Part shown: one piece after another, positions 58,830 through 64,000 of the stretch
Position numbering within the stretch: position 1 is the stretch's first letter
How the letters are laid out: the number at the start of each line of letters is the position of its first letter
NCBI GenBank assembly: GCA_051388875.1
Contig: JBMFFR010000008.1
Coordinates: 35,830-99,829 of the forward strand
From: Candidatus Brocadiia bacterium JP1
GTDB taxonomy: Bacteria > Planctomycetota > Brocadiia > Brocadiales > Bathyanammoxibiaceae
Length of the DNA: 64,000 nt
Direction of reading: 5' to 3'
Notes under the pieces: generated by a model
Databases searched by the model: none
What the model saw: only the letters and a program-made list of their open reading frames with translations
Told to the model about the DNA's origin: nothing
Translations under genes and position numbers: made by a program

Positions 58830-60956
58830 ATGCACCTCCTTAACCCCATCTTTCTTATAGGAATACTAGGAATTACTCTGCCCATAATCATACACCTTAT
58901 GGGTAGGCAGAAGGCCACGCCATACCGCTTTGCGGCAATAGATTTTATACTACGCTCACAGAAGAGGATAGAGGCACGGCTCAAGCTCCAACACTTGTTA
59001 TTACTCTTGCTGAGGGCTGGAGTAATCTTACTGATAGCCCTTGCATTGACTAGACCCCTCCTACAAAAGCAAGGAATAGCACTCTTACCTACTTCTGCGC
59101 CTTCTTGCAATATCTTCTTGATTGACAACTCCTTAAGTATGGACTATCGGACTGGCGAAGGTACATTTTTGAGCCAGGCTAAGGCCCTTGCAAGGGATAT
59201 GATTAATAGCCTATCCCCTTCCGATGAGGGGTGTGTTCTAGAGGTGTGCACTTTCACTGGACTGCCAGATCAGGCTATTCCTAACTCTAATAAAGGTAAA
59301 GTATTAGAGTCATTGGAGCGTATCGCACCTTCTTTTTATTCTACCCCTTTAGACCTTTCCATTGAGAAGTCCCTATCGTTACTAAATACTTCAAAAAAAG
59401 AGTTAAAAAGGATATTTATTTTCACGGATTTAACGAAAAATAGCTGGAAAAACCTCCAAAAAGTGAGCAAATATGCTGAAAAAGAGCCCGTAATTTTCAA
59501 CATCATAGATTTAAGCAAAGGAAGACCGCTGCCCAACCTTGCCATTGTAGGCTTAGAGTCAAATTACGACTGGACTAAGAAGGACGGTAAAATTCACCTT
59601 AAGGTAACCGTTCATAATTTTTCAGGGACACCATTAAAGGATTTATTGGTGAAGGTTAAGTGGGGAGATGAACCTGTCTCGGAAGGCAAGGGTGTTACGC
59701 AGGGCTTTCTGGACCTTGCGCCCAATTCTCAGGCGGTGAAGGAATTCTTCATTGATCCTCCCCAGGAATCTACCTCCTGGGGCTATGTAGAGGTAGTAGA
59801 GGCTGGCCAGGAAGGGCTTTTTACCGATAACCAACGATATTTTACGCTTCCAGTGGTAAAGGACATACCTGTTCTGCTTGTAGATGGTGCTCCAAGTATG
59901 CACCTTTATCAGAGCGAGAGCTTTTATCTGGAGAGGGCCCTTAACCCTAATAGGTTACGTCGCTCTTTTATAAGGTCCACAATAGTAATTCCCCAGGAAA
60001 TAGGCTCAGTGAACTTTAAGGACTTTGAGTTGGTTATGCTGGCTAACGTAGGAGAATTGACAAGTGTAAAGCTAGAAGAATTAAATACTTACGTAAAGGA
60101 GGGGGGAAGGGTATTATTTAGTCTTGGCAGTAACATCCGAGCGGAGTATTATAATGCAAATTTTAGTGGGCTAATACCCAAGCTCAGAATGGCGGTGGAG
60201 GCTGACGTAGAATCAGGGTTGTTACGATTTGGTCCGATTAATATGGCGCATCCTATTTTGAAGGTCTTTACCGGGGAGAGCTTAGCCTTGCTTGAGGCAC
60301 CGAGTTTTTCCAAGGTTTTCCTTGTAGAACCCCAGACAGTGGGTAGCGTGAATACTATTTTGACCTTTTCTAACGGCGCACCTGCACTTTTAGAAATGCA
60401 CTATGGGAAGGGGCGAACCATGCTCTTTACCTCTACCTTTGACAGGGATTGGACAGATTTGCCCGTAAAATCCATCTTTCTCCCACTCATTCAACAGATG
60501 TGTCGCTACCTAACGGACAATCTGATAGAGGAAGGGCCAGGGGAGGTGCTTGTCGGTCAGGAGTGTGAGATACCTGTCTTTCAGGATGGCGCTTCCGTTG
60601 AGGTCTTAGACCCCAGGGGGAACCTCTTTAAGCCGATTTTAAAGCCGTATCCCTCAAGGGTTGCGGTAATTTCACATACAGATTATCCCGGTATCTATAG
60701 GTTGAGGAGCGTTGAGTCTCCGGATTTATGCCAAGTTCTTGCTGTAAATATAGACCCAAGTGAAAGTGACTTATCAAGGATAGATTACGACCAGTTAAGG
60801 TCGTCCCTTGGGGAGGAGAGGACGAATCTTGGACTTGTTGAGCCTGTGAGAGGGGTAGAGGGACTAGTTGCCGGCACCAGGCTCTGGCCTGCTATGCTCC
60901 TTGCTGCTTTGGGGCTGTTAACATTGGAATCCTTTGTCACAGCTAAGTCAAGATAG
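58830..60956 (+). CDS. BatA-N-terminal-domain / vWA membrane protein
   Basis: 708 aa. MHLLNPIFLIGILGITLPIIIHL and a second TM. MIDAS-like DNSLS. C-terminal TM. Confidence 0.8.
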   Translation: MHLLNPIFLIGILGITLPIIIHLMGRQKATPYRFAAIDFILRSQKRIEARLKLQHLLLLLLRAGVILLIALALTRPLLQKQGIALLPTSAPSCNIFLIDNSLSMDYRTGEGTFLSQAKALARDMINSLSPSDEGCVLEVCTFTGLPDQAIPNSNKGKVLESLERIAPSFYSTPLDLSIEKSLSLLNTSKKELKRIFIFTDLTKNSWKNLQKVSKYAEKEPVIFNIIDLSKGRPLPNLAIVGLESNYDWTKKDGKIHLKVTVHNFSGTPLKDLLVKVKWGDEPVSEGKGVTQGFLDLAPNSQAVKEFFIDPPQESTSWGYVEVVEAGQEGLFTDNQRYFTLPVVKDIPVLLVDGAPSMHLYQSESFYLERALNPNRLRRSFIRSTIVIPQEIGSVNFKDFELVMLANVGELTSVKLEELNTYVKEGGRVLFSLGSNIRAEYYNANFSGLIPKLRMAVEADVESGLLRFGPINMAHPILKVFTGESLALLEAPSFSKVFLVEPQTVGSVNTILTFSNGAPALLEMHYGKGRTMLFTSTFDRDWTDLPVKSIFLPLIQQMCRYLTDNLIEEGPGEVLVGQECEIPVFQDGASVEVLDPRGNLFKPILKPYPSRVAVISHTDYPGIYRLRSVESPDLCQVLAVNIDPSESDLSRIDYDQLRSSLGEERTNLGLVEPVRGVEGLVAGTRLWPAMLLAALGLLTLESFVTAKSR

Positions 60957-61026
60957 TTCCGTTAGTTATGAATAAGTGAAGGAGACTGGGGATTATCTAG
61001 AGTGTGGAAAGGAAATATAAAAAGAG

Positions 61027-61665
61027 ATGAAACGCCTTAATATTAACTCAGTAGTCATGAGGCTTGAGCTTTTTTCCGTGATTCTTATGTCGCTGGCGAC
61101 TGTGGGGTCCGCCTGGAGTGCCTATCAATCCACTCTATGGGGGGGTATTCAAACATTTCGGCTGGCTGACGCAGGCAAGGCAGGTAGAGAGGCAGGGATT
61201 AAAAACACAGAAGCAACCCTGCGCCGTCTCATGGACGGTGTAATACTCATGCAATATTTAGATTACTTTTTAAAGGGAGAACAAGAGCTTGCTGCTTTTT
61301 ATTTAAAGCGACTTCGGCCTGAGCTGAAGGTGGCAGTAGAAAGTTGGTTGGCACTGAATCCCCTGGAGAATCCCGCAGCCCCTCCCCATCCAATGGTTAT
61401 GAAGGAGTATATTGTGAAGCAGGCGGAGGAGGCTGAGGAATTGGAGAAGGAAGCTTACGCCAGGCGTGTGGAGGCTGAACGGGCTAACAAGATTTCAGAT
61501 AACTACGTCATGACCACCGTTCTTTTCGCTACAACGTTGTTCCTGGGTGGCATAGCCCCCAGGTTTGAGATACTTAAACTGCGAATAGCCTTACTCATCC
61601 TTGCATCTGTAGTATTCTTTGGAAGTGTAGGAATTCTAGCCACTTTTCCTATTACGTTTCAGTGA
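61027..61665 (+). CDS. membrane protein, unknown function
   Basis: 212 aa. One N-terminal and two C-terminal hydrophobic helices with a charged coiled middle. Confidence 0.55.
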   Translation: MKRLNINSVVMRLELFSVILMSLATVGSAWSAYQSTLWGGIQTFRLADAGKAGREAGIKNTEATLRRLMDGVILMQYLDYFLKGEQELAAFYLKRLRPELKVAVESWLALNPLENPAAPPHPMVMKEYIVKQAEEAEELEKEAYARRVEAERANKISDNYVMTTVLFATTLFLGGIAPRFEILKLRIALLILASVVFFGSVGILATFPITFQ

Positions 61666-61684
61666 AATGCTTTAATGTCCCAAT

Positions 61685-62341
61685 TTGGTTATTAAAGTGG
61701 ATGGACACAGTTTCGCAAGCTACCTGATTTTAGTAGCACTGTTTGTCCTCCTTACAGGGGTTTCAGGTGCCGATGAGGAGGACCGCCTTCACTGGGAGGA
61801 GCGGTATGGGACTCCAGAGTATCTATATGGAAAAGAACCCATAGAATTTCTTAAGGAAAATATTGAAATTCTTCCAAGGGGTAGGGTCATTGAGCTGGCT
61901 ATGGGGGAGGGGCGTAACGCCGTTTTTCTTGCCCAGAATGGTTTTGAGGTGGAAGGGTGTGATATTTCCACCCGAGCTCTGGAGAAGGCCAGCCATCTAG
62001 CACAGGAAAAGGGGGTTCACTTAAAGGTCTTTCAGGCGGATTTGGATACCTATCAATTGCCCGAGCAAGCCTACGATGTGGTGGCTTGCTTTTATTATTT
62101 ACAGAGAAGTCTTATCCCACAGATGAAGGCTGCCCTTAAGCCAGGGGGCATGGTTATAATGGAGACCTATACTAAGGAGAACCCGAAATATGGTTTCAGT
62201 GGCCCCAAAAATCCTGACTACCTGCTTGACACCAACGAACTCCTCCAGCTATTCAGCGACTTGAAGGTAATTCTTTATAGAGAAATGATAGTAGATGGGC
62301 GAAAGGCGGTTGCAAGCATTATCGCCCAGAGGATAGATTGA
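61685..62341 (+). CDS. class I SAM-dependent methyltransferase (TehB-like) with an N-terminal hydrophobic segment
   Basis: VIELAMGEGRNAVFLAQNGFEVEGCDIS motif I/II. Preceded by FASYLILVALFVLLTGVSGA. Non-ATG start (TTG 61685 or GTG 61697). Confidence 0.75.
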   Translation: MVIKVDGHSFASYLILVALFVLLTGVSGADEEDRLHWEERYGTPEYLYGKEPIEFLKENIEILPRGRVIELAMGEGRNAVFLAQNGFEVEGCDISTRALEKASHLAQEKGVHLKVFQADLDTYQLPEQAYDVVACFYYLQRSLIPQMKAALKPGGMVIMETYTKENPKYGFSGPKNPDYLLDTNELLQLFSDLKVILYREMIVDGRKAVASIIAQRID

Positions 62342-62447
62342 CAGGGCTGAAAAAGATGGATTCACCAAGCATGCCCTTGCAAAAAGGGACATCTTAATGG
62401 TCCACTGGTTTATGATAGAAACTGAGGATTTGGAAATCCCCCTCTGT

Positions 62448-62699
62448 CCCCCTTTTTCAAAGGGGGAAAAGAAAAGTAAACACATCAGACTTAATTGGAT
62501 AATCTAACGCTCTCCTCTTTTTAGAGGGGAGGGTGAAAAGGCAGTAGGGGCGAACCGCCGGGTCGCCCTCCCCACCGCCCACTTCCTCTCCCCACCGGGG
62601 AGAGGACTGAGGTGAGGGGGGCTCCTTTTTTCCCATTTGACACAAAGAGACAGAGAGAGATTCTTAAATCCCCCCTACCCCCCTTTACTAAAGGGGGGT
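62448..62699. repeat. cluster of five GC-rich stem-loops in one intergenic region
   Basis: Hand-folded hairpins. 62448-62466: CCCCCTTT-TTC-AAAGGGGG. 62510-62531: 9 bp. 62547-62569: GGGCGA..TCGCCC. 62584-62606: TCCTCTCCCC-ACC-GGGGAGAGGA. 62677-62699: ACCCCCCTTT-ACT-AAAGGGGGGT. Confidence 0.7.
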
Positions 62700-62942
62700 G
62701 TTTACCAGGACCAAGGTTTTGAGGTGTTTATTAAGTGAGGCATTTTAAGTGCTTCTGATTAAAGAGCTTGCGCAGTATCTAATTTATTCCTGAACTTCAG
62801 CGATTTTCCATTGACTTTTTCCTTCAGGAATAGGAGAATTAGGCAAGTTTGCAAGTTTCCCACTGGGGACGGTTTTAGTTTAGCAGGGTCTGTACCACGC
62901 ACCATCTATCTTACGGGGACGGTTTTGGTGGAGGCAAAGGAC

Positions 62943-64000
62943 ATGAAAACACCTCTAGCAAGGTCTCAATCTTACTGCTGTTTTCCCTATTGCTTTGCAC
63001 GATTATTGCCCCTCCCTCTTATGCCCAGTGGGCCGCCACCTACGGGGGTCCTGGCTCTGACACAGCCTATTCCATCCAGCAGACCTCGGATGGGGGATAC
63101 ATAGTGGCTGGGAATACCAATTCCTTTGGTGCTGGGAATAATGATTTCTGGGTATTGAAGCTTGACTCAAGCGGTACCATCCAGTGGCAGAAGACCTACG
63201 GGGGTTCTCGTGATGAGGATGCCCTTTCCATCCAGCAGACCAGAGATGGGGGGTATATAATGGCAGGGAGGCGGGGGTATTATAACATCTGGGTATTGAA
63301 GCTTGACTCAAGCGGTACCATCCAGTGGCAGAAGACCTACGGGAGTTCTGGCGGCGATTACGCCGAGTCCATCCAGCAGACCACTGACGGTGGGTACATA
63401 GTGGCAGGGCGTACCAGCTCCTTCGGTGCTGGGGATTATGATTTATGGGTATTGAAGCTTGATGCTAATGGCAATGTAGAGTGGCAGAAGACCTATGGAG
63501 GGGGTGATTGGGATGAGGATGCCCGTTCCATCCAGCAGACCACGGATGGGGGCTACATAGTGGCGGGGCATACTTCGTCCTTCGGTGCTGGGAATCGTGA
63601 TTCCTGGGTATTGAAGCTCAAGCCCGATGGGACCATAGGCGTTGGCTGCAACTTAATACAGGATACCTACTTCAGTGTCTTAAACAGCAATTTAGCAATA
63701 ACGAACACATCCGCCAGTGTAATCAACACCACAGCGACCCCGCAGATTTCCCAAGCAACAGTCCAGGATACAAATATCCTGGCAAACTTCATATGCCGTT
63801 CGGAGGGGAATTGCACAGATGGGATAGACAACGATGAAGACGGGCTGACTGATTGTAATGACTCAGACTGTCAGTTTGATAAAGATGGTGATGGTTACCT
63901 TGCACCCCCCTGCGGGAACGATTGCAATGACACAAATCCCTCCATTAACCCCGGTGCTCCGGAGGCATGTCAGGACGGGAAAGACAACGACTGCGATGGG
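62943..64000 (+). CDS. secreted repeat protein with C-terminal MopE-type Cys/Asp motifs (3' end outside window; frame broken just after the start)
   Basis: SD GGTGGAGG, then ATG 62943. From 62948 the -1 frame is open to nt 64000. It encodes a signal peptide (..KVSILLLFSLLLCTIIAPPSYA), four ~47-52-aa repeats (YGG..D.A.SIQQT.DGGYIVAG..SFGAG..D.WVLKLD..G.IQWQK), then CTDGIDNDEDGLTDCNDSDC and DCNDTNPSINPGAPEACQDGKDNDCDG. It is not in the ORF track because it lacks an in-frame ATG and a stop. Confidence 0.75.
63148..63343 (+). repeat. 55-bp perfect intragenic direct repeat
   Basis: CTGGGTATTGAAGCTTGACTCAAGCGGTACCATCCAGTGGCAGAAGACCTACGGG occurs at 63148-63202 and 63289-63343 (141 nt = 47 codons apart). 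Confidence 0.9.

Noticed and set aside
62249-62645. Minus-strand ORFs 62249..62485 and 62457..62645
   Set aside because: They are translations of the GC-rich palindromic hairpins (PFEKGGQRG.., SPRWGEEVGGGEG..). They have no start context and are characteristic artefacts of such repeats.
62811-63311. Track ORFs 62811..63104 (+) and 63003..63311 (-)
   Set aside because: Both are wrong-frame or antisense readings of the repeat-protein gene. The plus ORF contains the true ATG but leaves the real frame after 2 codons.

Overview
Bacterial chromosome window of moderate GC. The taxon cannot be assigned without a database search. Nt 3,830-36,488 is one uninterrupted plus-strand translation/transcription block with very short intergenic gaps. 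It runs: tRNA-Thr/Tyr/Gly/Thr, tuf, rpmG, tRNA-Trp, secE, nusG, rplKAJL, rpoBC, rpsLG, fusA, the S10/spc/alpha ribosomal operons with secY, adk, map, infA, rpmJ and rpoA, then rplQ, a HIT gene and a phosphatase gene. Oddities in this block: a methyltransferase gene inserted between rpsM and rpsK, no rpmD (L30), a four-Cys insertion in EF-Tu, and an enlarged L17. The remainder is accessory or metabolic. It holds a siroheme-decarboxylase (ahbAB-like) operon led by a small sulfite-reductase-like protein, and a Cache/HAMP/GAF/HD-GYP sensor split at a G7 homopolymer. A ~6-kb integrative element sits in tRNA-Val(CAC), bounded by 42-bp direct repeats; it carries int, xis, a HEPN/MNT pair, an IS remnant and several unknown genes. 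There is a cbb3 oxidase operon without ccoP, preceded co-directionally by a protoglobin-ferredoxin module, and a MoxR/DUF58/BatA-like operon. A cluster of GC-rich hairpins is followed by a secreted repeat protein, which runs off the window and whose start is frame-broken at an A4 run. No rRNA and no CRISPR array were seen. I found no convincing complete novel multi-gene system. The best candidates for follow-up are the rpsM-rpsK methyltransferase, the small SiR-like/ahbAB operon, the unknown cargo of the tRNA-Val island and the protoglobin/ferredoxin/cbb3 cluster. All family assignments rest on motifs read by eye and need HMM or BLAST confirmation.
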